Source of the DNA: Minisyncoccia bacterium
GTDB lineage: Bacteria > Patescibacteriota > Minisyncoccia > Phycocordibacterales > UBA9973
Reading direction: 5' to 3'
NCBI GenBank assembly: GCA_049317285.1
Contig: JBMOIO010000004.1
Span: 2,994-66,993, forward strand
Length of the DNA stretch: 64,000 nucleotides
Made by a program: the position numbers and the translations under genes. The notes under the pieces are model-generated. The model was given only the letters and a program-made list of their open reading frames with translations. It was not told the origin of the DNA and did not search any database. This document shows, in pieces, positions 18,781 to 27,677 of this stretch. How positions within the stretch are numbered: the first letter of the stretch is position 1; every line of letters starts with the position of its first letter.

Positions 18781-20460
18781 ATGGCAAAGAAAATTCTCCA
18801 CGGGCTTGAGGCCCAAGAAGCGCTCACAAAAGGACTGAATACTGTTGCGGATGCAGTGCGCATCACGCTTGGTCCTCGCGGGCGAAATGTTGTATTCGAC
18901 AAAGGGTACGGCGCGCCCATGATCACCAACGATGGCGTTTCTATTGCGCGCGAGATTACGCTTCTCGACAAGTTTGAAAACATGGGAGCGGAGATCATCA
19001 AAGAGGTCGCGAGCAAGACCAATGATACAGCAGGAGACGGCACAACAACTTCAGTTGTGCTCACCGCCGCAATCGCCACCGAAGGGGTCAAGCGTATCGG
19101 TACTGGTGCAAATGGCTTGGTACTGCGCCAAGGCATTGAAGCTGCAGCCGCAGATGTCGTCACCGCCCTTCGCGCGCTTGCACGCCCGGTGAAAAATAAA
19201 GAAGAGATTAAACAGGTTGCAACTATCTCGGCTGAGAGCGAAGAGATCGGAAGCATCATCGCAAGCACTATCGACAAGGTGGGGACAGACGGAGTGGTGA
19301 CAGTGGAGGAGTCCCAAGTGTTTGGGGTCACGAGCGAAGTGGTAGAGGGGATGGAGTTCGACAAAGGTTTTGTCTCGCACTACATGATCAACAATGCCGA
19401 GCGCGGAGAGGCGAGTTATATGAATGTCCCCGTATTGGTGACCGACAAAAAGATTTCTGCTATCAAAGACGTTTTACCACTACTGGAGAAGCTCGCAGCC
19501 GCGGGGAAAAAAGAGCTGGTGATCATCGCGGACGATATCGACGGCGAAGCGCTCACCACATTTGTATTAAACAAAATCCGCGGCATTTTTAATATCTTAG
19601 CAATCAAGGCTCCTGGGTTTGGCGATAGGAAGGCGGGCGAGCTTGCCGACATTGCAGCACTAGTAGGCGCGACTGTTGTCACCGACGCGCTTGGCATTGC
19701 TCTTGAAACTGCAGACACCACAGTTCTTGGAAAGGCGGGCAAAGTCATTTCAACAAAAGAGAAAACAGTGATAGTGGACGGCAAAGGAAAAAAGAGCGCC
19801 ATCAAGGAGCGAGTTGACGCTATCAAAGGTGAACTTAGTCAGGTGGGCGGGAGCAAGCTCGACAAGTTCACGCGCGAGCATTTGGAGAAGCGCATTGCAA
19901 AATTAACGAGCGGGGTCGCAGTTATCCGCGTAGGGGCAGCGACTGAAACAGAGATGAAGTATTTGAAGCTCAAGATTGAAGACGCAGTCAACGCAACCAA
20001 AGCCGCAATCGAAGAGGGAATAGTACCAGGAGGCGGAGTTGCTCTTGCAAAAGTTTCAGGCACAGTGACGAGCGCGATGATAAAGAGTGCGCGATACAAA
20101 AAGTCCACAACCGATAAAGGCGAGAGCGAATTCATGGCAGGCTACATGGCGCTCACCGACGCACTCACCGCACCGCTTCGACAAATAGCGCACAATGCAG
20201 GGCACGCAGATCCGGGGCTTGTCGTAGATGCCGTGCAGAAGTCCGAAAATGCATTTGGCTATGACGCCAGTGCTGACAGTATAGGCGGCGACTTTGTATT
20301 GGTGGACATGATGAAAAAGGGGATCATCGACCCGGTCAAAGTGACCCGCACCGCGCTACAAAATGCAGCCTCCGCCGCCGGCATCCTTTTAACAACCGAC
20401 GTCGCCATCGCCGACGACCCCGATGCTCCAAAGCCAGAGCAACCGCAAGGGGGGTATTAA
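18781..20460 (+). CDS. groEL: Chaperonin GroEL
   Basis: TLGPRGRNV, AGDGTTT, EEGIVPGGG and GIIDPVKVTR. Confidence 0.98.
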   Translation: MAKKILHGLEAQEALTKGLNTVADAVRITLGPRGRNVVFDKGYGAPMITNDGVSIAREITLLDKFENMGAEIIKEVASKTNDTAGDGTTTSVVLTAAIATEGVKRIGTGANGLVLRQGIEAAAADVVTALRALARPVKNKEEIKQVATISAESEEIGSIIASTIDKVGTDGVVTVEESQVFGVTSEVVEGMEFDKGFVSHYMINNAERGEASYMNVPVLVTDKKISAIKDVLPLLEKLAAAGKKELVIIADDIDGEALTTFVLNKIRGIFNILAIKAPGFGDRKAGELADIAALVGATVVTDALGIALETADTTVLGKAGKVISTKEKTVIVDGKGKKSAIKERVDAIKGELSQVGGSKLDKFTREHLEKRIAKLTSGVAVIRVGAATETEMKYLKLKIEDAVNATKAAIEEGIVPGGGVALAKVSGTVTSAMIKSARYKKSTTDKGESEFMAGYMALTDALTAPLRQIAHNAGHADPGLVVDAVQKSENAFGYDASADSIGGDFVLVDMMKKGIIDPVKVTRTALQNAASAAGILLTTDVAIADDPDAPKPEQPQGGY

Positions 20461-20470
20461 GAGCAAAAGA

Positions 20471-20496
20471 AAAAAGCAGTCACATGACTGCTTTTT
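20471..20496. terminator. Bidirectional intrinsic terminator
   Basis: AAAAAGCAGTCA-CA-TGACTGCTTTTT between convergent genes. Confidence 0.75.
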
Positions 20497-20511
20497 GAAT
20501 TATTTTTTTTC

Positions 20512-20985
20512 TTATAGGTATAGCGCAAATGTCACCATCCTATTTTTATCTGTTACCTCAGCGACTTCAGAAAGAAATTCCTCCTCATCAATAATATAGA
20601 CACCTTTTTCTTGGTCGATTTGATCTATCGTATTGATTGCGACGACGGTATCTGTCAGACATACGGTAAAGATTTCCATATTGCACTTCTCGAACCATTC
20701 GTAGTCTGATCCAAAGATGAGAGGAGACATGAATCGATGCCTGTTTTTCTGAATAAAGGCAGGAACTTCTTCACAGCTAACTCTGTATAATTTCACTGAG
20801 GGCTTAACACCAAATGTTTCTTTGCGAAGTAGTAATAGTACTGTCCCCGTAAAGCTTTTTGTCAGGCTTGCCAGTGGTGAGAATATGCTATGAATTATTT
20901 GCAAATCATCCATAAGACGACCCCGCCTTTCCTCATCCGGAGTAGCTAAGATGTCTGCCATGGGTACTCGAAGTATCTTTTCCAT
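20512..20985 (-). CDS. Hypothetical protein (AT-rich ORFan)
   Basis: Long ORF between terminators; no recognised motif. Confidence 0.55.
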   Translation of the reverse strand: MEKILRVPMADILATPDEERRGRLMDDLQIIHSIFSPLASLTKSFTGTVLLLLRKETFGVKPSVKLYRVSCEEVPAFIQKNRHRFMSPLIFGSDYEWFEKCNMEIFTVCLTDTVVAINTIDQIDQEKGVYIIDEEEFLSEVAEVTDKNRMVTFALYL

Positions 20986-21128
20986 TGTTAAAATGTTTGT
21001 TTGGAAAAACAATACATATAAAAATATAAAATGTCAATGACTATAGGGTATTAATACTAATAAAACCACCTGAAAGGGCGGTTTTTGGTATATTGAAAAA
21101 AGCCTGAATTTATGGGATAGTTTAGAAT

Positions 21129-21365
21129 ATGGAAAAAGAGCGGGCCCTTTTATTGAAGATTTCAGAATTAGAAGCTGAAATAAAAAAACTCAAGAAACAA
21201 AAGAAATATGGCTTGGTTTGGGAAGATAAACTTGAACAAATTGTAGAAGATTGTAAACACAATGTTCCTATCTTGCGTCTTAAGGAAAAGAAGAAAGATA
21301 TTGAGCCTATCATCATTACTGATGAGTCAAAAGACCACAATATTCTGATTGAGGGAGATAATTAT
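21129..21365 (+). pseudogene. mod: 5' fragment of a type III R-M methyltransferase (Mod)
   Basis: KKYGLVWE...HNILIEGDNY is a typical Mod N-terminus. Similarity stops abruptly after EGDNY and the catalytic DPPY never appears. Confidence 0.75.
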
Positions 21366-21366
21366 C

Positions 21367-22092
21367 GAGGACGGAGATTCCGGGCGCGAACGCGCGTGCA
21401 ATGTGCAGGGCATTGCTCTGTATGGAGAGCTCTACACCTATATCCCGGTTGAAGGCTCGGCCGATGATGCAGAGGAATACCACGCTCAGTACGGCGACGC
21501 TGTTTCAAGCGACAATATTGTCGATATGTTGCGATATGCCGAAGATGATGACTCTATCAAGGCGATTCTTATTGAAGTGGACTCAGGCGGTGGCTCACCA
21601 GTGGCCGGAGAAGAGGTGGCAAGCGCTATCGCGGGGCTCACAAAGCCCGTGGTTGCGGTTATCCGCCAAAGCGGTATGTCTGCCGCGTATTGGGCGGTGA
21701 GCAGTGCGGACATGGTATTTGCTTCACGCAACTCGGATGTGGGAAGTATCGGGGTGACTGCGTCATACATTGAAATGATAGACCAGAGCGGGCGCTATAT
21801 TGATCTCTCAAGCGGAAAGTTCAAAGACACCGGAAGTTCCGAGAAGCCGCTCAGTGAAGAAGAGCGCACGCTTCTCATGCGAGACATAAAAATCGTCCAC
21901 GAAAACTTTATTGAAGACATTGCGAAATACAGAGACCTTGCACTTGAACAGGTCAAAGCGATAGCCGACGGCTCAAGCGTGCTCGGCGACCGCGCAAAGG
22001 AACTCGGCCTGATTGATGAAATCGGCAACAGTACTTCTGCACAAACATTCATCGAAGAGTATATCGAAGAAGACGCGGAAGTCTGTTGGTAG
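21367..22092 (+). pseudogene. sppA: S49 signal peptide peptidase SppA, apparently 5'-truncated
   Basis: VDSGGGSPVAGEE, SAAYWAVS, VGSIGV, GKFKD and GLIDEIG. No N-terminal TM or clean ATG; begins at the mod junction. Confidence 0.75.
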
Positions 22093-22129
22093 GTAGTTGT
22101 AATATTAGGGGACTTTGCTATAGTCCCAT

Positions 22130-22391
22130 AAATTGCTTCAAAGGCCACGAGGTAGTTTGATCGTTCTTTTCTATAGTGAAATTATGAAGGCTGCAGTGGG
22201 CCTGAGCGCATGAGGCGCGATACAACCTGCAATTGCTGAAATAGTGCCGACGCTAATCGGGCATATCAGTGTTGCCCCCAAGTACTGGCGAGGGAAAAGG
22301 GGCAGCGGTGTTTTAGGGAAACCGAGTCTGAATAGGGCGAATAGAGGAACACTGTAGAGCCATACCGCGTAAGTGCGTGTATGGCTTTTTT
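22130..22391 (+). ncRNA. Candidate novel ~260-nt multibranched ncRNA with its own promoter and terminator
   Basis: TGCTATAGT extended -10, 5' hairpin, CTATAGTG/CACTGTAG closing stem around 3-4 GC-rich hairpins, terminator AGCCATAC/GTATGGCT plus T-tract. No ORF. Confidence 0.6.
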
Positions 22392-22437
22392 ATTTCCACG
22401 GAGTACACTAAAGAGGAGTTAATAATTCACCAATACC

Positions 22438-22473
22438 GGTCGTAGTCTCCAAGTGGGACTGCGACTCTTTTTT
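22438..22473 (+). terminator. Strong terminator hairpin ending a possible second short transcript
   Basis: GGTCGTAGTCTC-CAAGT-GGGACTGCGACT plus T-tract; TACACT at ~22404. Confidence 0.6.
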
Positions 22474-22499
22474 ATACTTCATACAGATATATAGCTGTA

Positions 22500-22527
22500 T
22501 TGACATTGTATATACATTGTATATACT
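22500..22527 (+). promoter_or_regulatory. Sigma70 promoter with a tandem palindromic operator (TA autorepression)
   Basis: TTGACA...TATACT overlapping a repeated (T)GTATATAC(A) palindrome. Confidence 0.7.
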
Positions 22528-22533
22528 AGATAT

Positions 22534-22785
22534 ATGACTACTCTAAACGTGCGAATTGAAGAAGCGACAAAGGCAAAGGCCGCAAAGGTCTTTGAAAAAA
22601 TGGGTCTTGATATGTCGAGTGCAGTCAAGCTTTTTCTGCATCAGGTAGTGAAAGAAAACGGCCTTCCTTTCACTCCTACCAATAACCCAGCCCTGATTCG
22701 CGCCCGCTGGGACAAGCAGGTTGCTGCTGCTCGAAAGAGCGGTACGGCATATGCCACTGGCAAGGAGGCACTGGCGGATTGTTGA
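22534..22785 (+). CDS. dinJ: RelB/DinJ family antitoxin
   Basis: LNVRIEEATKAKAAKVFEKMGLDMSSAVKLFLHQVVKENGLPF. Confidence 0.9.
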   Translation: MTTLNVRIEEATKAKAAKVFEKMGLDMSSAVKLFLHQVVKENGLPFTPTNNPALIRARWDKQVAAARKSGTAYATGKEALADC

Positions 22786-22840
22786 AGACGAGCTCGTGTT
22801 GGTATTGGTGGATATTGGAACACATTCGTACTTATTTTAA
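22778..22840 (+). pseudogene. yafQ: C-terminal remnant of a YafQ-family toxin
   Basis: Translates IVEDELVLVLVDIGTHSYLF*, matching the YafQ C-terminal GTHS.LF motif. Confidence 0.7.
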
Positions 22841-22923
22841 CGAAACCCGCACTGCTTGACTTTTTATACATACCATGCTGTAATAGCGGTAATTAAAGAA
22901 TCGTTCATTTAAACAAAAAACAT

Positions 22924-23379
22924 ATGGCAAACGGAACACCATCAAAGGGGTTTTGGAGATTTATTATCATTTCAACCCTTGTATCCTTAATGGTGCTATT
23001 ACTAATCGCGGTTATAGTTCAGTGGCGACAAAAGAAAACTAACACCGGAGAACTAAAAGCGCTTCAAATCGAAACAAAGAGCCTTAAAAAGAAAGTACAA
23101 ACTCTTGAAAAAGGAAATGCTGAAGAAGAAAAAAAGACTGATGAAGCACTCGCTGAAGTAGATCGCCTCAAGGAATACCAAGTGACGCTTCTCGACTCGA
23201 TCCAGAAGCTACAACCAAAGCCGGACGATAAACCGGATCCTAAAAAGGATGAAAAGAAAGTAGCTACTACTGGTACTGGACGAAGAAAACCGGGCAACAG
23301 TAGTAACTGCAACTGCCCGCCTGTCACTCGAGCAAACACTCAAACGGCTTGGGCGAAGTATGGAATCCCTACACCGTAA
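22924..23379 (+). CDS. Hypothetical membrane-anchored coiled-coil protein
   Basis: TM, coiled coil and low-complexity tail; followed by terminator AAAAACCCTC/GAGGGTTTTT. Confidence 0.65.
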   Translation: MANGTPSKGFWRFIIISTLVSLMVLLLIAVIVQWRQKKTNTGELKALQIETKSLKKKVQTLEKGNAEEEKKTDEALAEVDRLKEYQVTLLDSIQKLQPKPDDKPDPKKDEKKVATTGTGRRKPGNSSNCNCPPVTRANTQTAWAKYGIPTP

Positions 23380-23410
23380 ACAAAAACCCTCTTATTTAAA
23401 GAGGGTTTTT

Positions 23411-24436
23411 TTATTGCGATAATTGCTCTATGAGTTGTTTGCCGCGCTCGAGTGGGTCTAGTGTCGGCGTGCCGTTTTGGGTGAGGATGACGGAGGTGAA
23501 GGTGTGGCTCGGCGCGTGGTCATACGCAAAACGGTCTGATAGCGGAGTGGTGAAAATACCAGAGAGGCCGAGCGTGCCGGAGGTGATAAGCCTGCCGTTG
23601 CCGCCGACGAAATTCCCCAGAGAGTACGCGACTTTCTTTCCTTTATACGTTTCGATTTTGCGCAACACATGCGGGCCTGAACCCAAGACTAAGTCTGCAC
23701 CTGCATCAATGGCGGTATATGCAACCAGCTGGACATTGCCGCGGTCTTCGGTGCCCATGTATTCGTTTACTCCTGGCACAGCAGTCTTGTCCGAACCTTC
23801 GTTTCCGCCGTGGAAAATGACGATGACAAAATCATGTTCTTGTTTTAATTGCGCCACTCTTTCTTTTATAAAATCATAGTCGGTGATGGTGCGCATCGGC
23901 TTGGTGCTCGAAAGGCCGAGGATGCCGATACGCTTTCCTTTTACAATAATACTCGCAGTCGGCTTGTCGGGCGAAATATAGGGGATGCCCACAGCATCAA
24001 GGACGGCAGTCGTGTCTTTCAAACCCATATCGCCGTAATCATATGAGTGGTTGTTGACCAAGCTCACAAAATCAAAGCCCGAAGTTTTAAGCGCGCTCGC
24101 AAATGAGGGGTCTCCGCGAAATGCATGACAGCGCGAAAGCAAATAGATGCATTTACTTCCGCGATCTTCATTTGCAAAGGTCCCTTCGAGGTTGCCGATC
24201 ATGAGGTCAGGCTCGGCCAATGCAGGGGAAACAAAGGAAAGGACGGTGTGGTTGTAGGTGGCGTCCAGGCTCGGCACCATGTCGCCGACCCACCCCACAG
24301 TGATGTCGTTTGGATACTGCTGACTATTTTTTATGCGGGCGCCGGTGCCTGGAGTGAGCGGGTACGCAAAAGAGAACACAATCGTGCTCACTCCGAGAGC
24401 TATAACAACTAAAAGGAGGCGCCAGAACATTTTCAC
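23411..24436 (-). CDS. CapA family (poly-gamma-glutamate synthesis-like) metallophosphatase
   Basis: VGDMV, GNLEG, VNNHSYDYG, FHGGNE, GSGPHV and YSLGNF. Confidence 0.85.
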   Translation of the reverse strand: MKMFWRLLLVVIALGVSTIVFSFAYPLTPGTGARIKNSQQYPNDITVGWVGDMVPSLDATYNHTVLSFVSPALAEPDLMIGNLEGTFANEDRGSKCIYLLSRCHAFRGDPSFASALKTSGFDFVSLVNNHSYDYGDMGLKDTTAVLDAVGIPYISPDKPTASIIVKGKRIGILGLSSTKPMRTITDYDFIKERVAQLKQEHDFVIVIFHGGNEGSDKTAVPGVNEYMGTEDRGNVQLVAYTAIDAGADLVLGSGPHVLRKIETYKGKKVAYSLGNFVGGNGRLITSGTLGLSGIFTTPLSDRFAYDHAPSHTFTSVILTQNGTPTLDPLERGKQLIEQLSQ

Positions 24437-24445
24437 AGTATTGTA

Positions 24446-26407
24446 TTAGACTAGTGCGTAATCGATAAGGCGCTTTGCAAGGTCGGTTGAAACAACCTTG
24501 AAGCGGACAGAATCCCCAATGCGGAATTCTTTGCGAGTCTTTCGGCCGATAAGGGCGAGCTCGCGCTCTGAGTATTCGAAGAAGTCGTTGCCGATGTCGC
24601 GCATGCGCACCATGCCTTCGCAGCGTGTCGTCTTTTCTTCGACGAACATACCGTTTTGAGATACACCGGTGACAGTGCCGTCAAATAGCTGACCAATGCG
24701 GGTGGACATGTACTCGGTCTGCTTGTATTTGATACTTGCGCGCTCTGCATCAGACGCTTCTTTTTCGCGCATGGAAGAATGAGCCGACATTTTGTCGTAG
24801 TAGTCCCACGTGTCTTTTGAAATGGTCTTATTTTGCAAATACTCGTGAACCAATCGGTGCACCATAAGGTCGGGGTAGCGGCGGATAGGAGAGGTGAAGT
24901 GCGTGTAGTATTCAAATGCCAGGCCGTAGTGGCCGATATTTTTGGTCGAATAAATTGCCTTTGCCATGCTTCGCACGATTGCAGTCTGGATGGTCTCGCG
25001 CTCAGGTTTGCCCTCAAGCGAGAGCACAAGCTCGTTTAATTCTTTCGACGGGATCACGCCGTGCTCGTCCGCGGTGACTTTGTATCCAAGGCGCTTGAGG
25101 AAGAGCATCAGCGTTTCTGCGCGCTCAGGGTCCGGTGTGTCGTGGATGCGGTACACAAACACTTCGTCTGCGTGTTTGTCGCGGGTCGCAACAAACTCTG
25201 CAACCTTGCGGTTTGCCAAGAGCATCAATTCCTCGATCATGTGGTGTGTTGGTCCGCGTTCTTTTGTATAGACGCCGATAGGGACGCCGGCTTCATCGAG
25301 CTTGAACTTCACTTCTGTTGTTTCAAGAGAGATTGCGCCGTTGACGAATCGCTCGCGCTCGAGAAACTGTGCCACTGCAAGTGAAGCTTCGAGCTCTTTC
25401 AAGTACGGTCCTTCTTTGTCATCCAATACTTTCTGTGCGGCTTCGTAGCTGAAGCGATAGTCAGAGTGAATCACTGTTTTGCCAAACCATTCGCTGACGA
25501 TTTCCATGTTGGGCCGGAACACAAATACCGCAGAGAAAGTGAGGCGGTCGACGTTTGGCATCAATGAGCAGAGATTGTTTGAGAGGACTTCGGGGAGCAT
25601 GGGGATAGTGCGGTCTACGAGGTACACGCTTGTTGCACGCTCGGATGCTTCTTTATCAATAGCCATCCCTGGGCGCACATAGTGCGACACGTCAGCAATG
25701 TGAATGCCGATTTCGGTGTTGCCATCCTCGAGGAATTTTACAGAAATAGCGTCATCAAAGTCTTTTGCGTCTTCTGGGTCGATAGTAAAGGTGACAGTGC
25801 CGCGGAAGTCTCGGCGGGTAGCCTTTTCTTCTTCAGTAATCCCATGTTCGGCAATATCGTGCGCTTCCTTTAATACTTCGGCCGGGTAGTCGTCGCTAAA
25901 TCCTTTTTCAAGAGCGAGTGAGAGCATTTCTGCATTGTTCTCAAGCGGGCGACCCAAAACGCGAGTGATTTCACCTGTTGGTTCACCCTGTGGGTTTTCC
26001 CAGTCGCTGATACGGCAAAATACTTTGTCGCCTTGTGCGGCGCCTCCGAGCTTGTCCCCGGGAATAGTGATAGCGGTATACATGCGCCCGTCATTGGTGA
26101 CGATGCAGTGGTTGCCGTTTTCAAATGAAAGGGTTCCGGAATATCCCACCTTTGCGCGCTTGACGATGTCGAGGACCTTTCCTTGCGGGTTAGGGCTCAC
26201 ACTATTAGGAGTGGGAAGGGAAGTCACTTCGACTTTTACGGTGTCGTAGTGGAATGCGCGGTTGAGGGCCTCACGAGGCACTTCTATAGTAAGGCCGAGG
26301 TCGCGGACTTTGACGTAGCCGACTCCTTTGGTCGAAATATTGATCGGGCCTTCGAATTGCGCGCCTGCGGCAAGAGAATGGATACTAGGTGAGTTTTGCA
26401 TGCCCAT
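24446..26407 (-). CDS. rnr: Ribonuclease R
   Basis: TIDPEDAKDFDDA, HIADVS, HFTSPIRRYPD and C-terminal S1 domain. Confidence 0.95.
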   Translation of the reverse strand: MGMQNSPSIHSLAAGAQFEGPINISTKGVGYVKVRDLGLTIEVPREALNRAFHYDTVKVEVTSLPTPNSVSPNPQGKVLDIVKRAKVGYSGTLSFENGNHCIVTNDGRMYTAITIPGDKLGGAAQGDKVFCRISDWENPQGEPTGEITRVLGRPLENNAEMLSLALEKGFSDDYPAEVLKEAHDIAEHGITEEEKATRRDFRGTVTFTIDPEDAKDFDDAISVKFLEDGNTEIGIHIADVSHYVRPGMAIDKEASERATSVYLVDRTIPMLPEVLSNNLCSLMPNVDRLTFSAVFVFRPNMEIVSEWFGKTVIHSDYRFSYEAAQKVLDDKEGPYLKELEASLAVAQFLERERFVNGAISLETTEVKFKLDEAGVPIGVYTKERGPTHHMIEELMLLANRKVAEFVATRDKHADEVFVYRIHDTPDPERAETLMLFLKRLGYKVTADEHGVIPSKELNELVLSLEGKPERETIQTAIVRSMAKAIYSTKNIGHYGLAFEYYTHFTSPIRRYPDLMVHRLVHEYLQNKTISKDTWDYYDKMSAHSSMREKEASDAERASIKYKQTEYMSTRIGQLFDGTVTGVSQNGMFVEEKTTRCEGMVRMRDIGNDFFEYSERELALIGRKTRKEFRIGDSVRFKVVSTDLAKRLIDYALV

Positions 26408-26503
26408 ACTTTACCACAGCAAAGGGGTAAAGGCGAGAAATCTATTGACTATTTTGGCTTGCGTAGTACTATTATGCAAAACAAATTTAAAACTCAAAAT
26501 AAG

Positions 26504-26854
26504 ATGGATGAACCACAAACCCACTATTTTTTCAAAGTAGGACATCATGTTCTTACTAGTAATCTAGGCATTCAGCAAATGTATGGAGAAGGAGAACGTT
26601 TTGCTCTCTATGGCCTTACATGGCTTTGTAAAAATACGGAGGAAACACCGGCAAATCATGTAGTGGCAGTACTTGACGCACTCCCTTCACCAACCTCAAT
26701 AAAGAGGCTTGAAAAAATCCGCAGGACCTATGAAGCTCTTAAAGAGAGAAAATGGTCCGAACTCAAACGCTCTGAAGCGAGGATGCTCATTTCACAGTAT
26801 TTCCCTACACCGAGACCCGTACTTGTTCTCGAGGGAGAGGCAGCGCTCGCCTGA
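26504..26854 (+). CDS. Hypothetical protein (ORFan)
   Basis: ORF after an AT-rich leader; no recognised motif. Confidence 0.5.
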   Translation: MDEPQTHYFFKVGHHVLTSNLGIQQMYGEGERFALYGLTWLCKNTEETPANHVVAVLDALPSPTSIKRLEKIRRTYEALKERKWSELKRSEARMLISQYFPTPRPVLVLEGEAALA

Positions 26855-26927
26855 ACGCAATAAAACGTTGAACGACCCATATTGGCCGTTTGACGTTTTT
26901 TCTTTTGTCTGCTACCATGACCCCTAC

Positions 26928-27236
26928 ATGTTAAAGATCCGCCTCCAGAGAATTGGACGAAAAAACGAACCGGCATTCCGTATGGTAGTGACCGATTCTA
27001 AAAACGCAGCTCAGAGTGGGAGCTTCCTTGAAATTCTCGGCTCATACACAGTGAAAAGCAACCTCGTAGCCCTCAAAGCCGACCGCATCCTTCACTGGAT
27101 GAAAAACGGTGCACAGGTATCCGACACAGCACACAACATGCTCGTAAAGGAAGGAATCATCGAAGGCAAGAAAAAGAACGTGCTTTCAAAAAAGTCTCCA
27201 ACTGTAAAGCGCAAAGACGCTCCGAAGAAGAAGTAA
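26928..27236 (+). CDS. rpsP: 30S ribosomal protein S16
   Basis: MLKIRLQRIGRKNEPAFRMVV and GAQVSDT. Confidence 0.95.
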   Translation: MLKIRLQRIGRKNEPAFRMVVTDSKNAAQSGSFLEILGSYTVKSNLVALKADRILHWMKNGAQVSDTAHNMLVKEGIIEGKKKNVLSKKSPTVKRKDAPKKK

Positions 27237-27371
27237 GTTATAAGGTTCATAAAGTTTGTAAAGTTATAAAGCTGAGCATCTGCTTGGCTTTTTACTTTAT
27301 AACTTTCAACTTTTTACTCGCAGGCAATTCTGTTATACTGTGAATATTACTCACTAACAGAATTGCCTGCT

Positions 27372-27677
27372 ATGTCTGATAAAGAATTCCTCGAAATGCT
27401 CGTAAAAGCCCTTGTTGATACACCGGACGAAGTAAAGATAGACCGCTCGGTTGACGAGATGGGAGTACTGCTCACGCTCTCTATTGCACAGTCCGATATG
27501 GGTAAAATCATCGGGCGCTCCGGCAATACCGCTAAAGCAATCCGCACCCTTCTTCGCGTAGTGGGCATGAAAAACAATGCTCGCGTCAACCTGAAAATCA
27601 ATGAACCGGCAGGCTACAAAGGCCAGGCAGATGTCGCCAACCTCGACGACGCAATGGCTGACCTTAAAGATCTCTAA
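27372..27677 (+). CDS. khpA: KH-domain RNA-binding protein KhpA
   Basis: DMGKIIGRSGNTAKAIRTLL; lies between rpsP and trmD. Confidence 0.9.
   Translation: MSDKEFLEMLVKALVDTPDEVKIDRSVDEMGVLLTLSIAQSDMGKIIGRSGNTAKAIRTLLRVVGMKNNARVNLKINEPAGYKGQADVANLDDAMADLKDL

Noticed and set aside
22357-22391. GAGCC...GTAA...GGCT hairpin as group II intron domain V
   Set aside because: The upper stem is too short, a T-tract follows, and there is no domain VI or RT. A terminator fits better.
22130-22391. RNase P RNA, tmRNA or a known riboswitch
   Set aside because: No GAGGAAAGTCC or P4 motifs, no tRNA-Ala-like ends, and no recognisable aptamer consensus or downstream regulated gene.
27237-27320. AT-rich AAAGTTATAAAG repeats and inverted repeat after rpsP, with a similar tract near 46165-46200
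   Set aside because: Low complexity and plausibly just a terminator-like hairpin; too little evidence for a distinct element.
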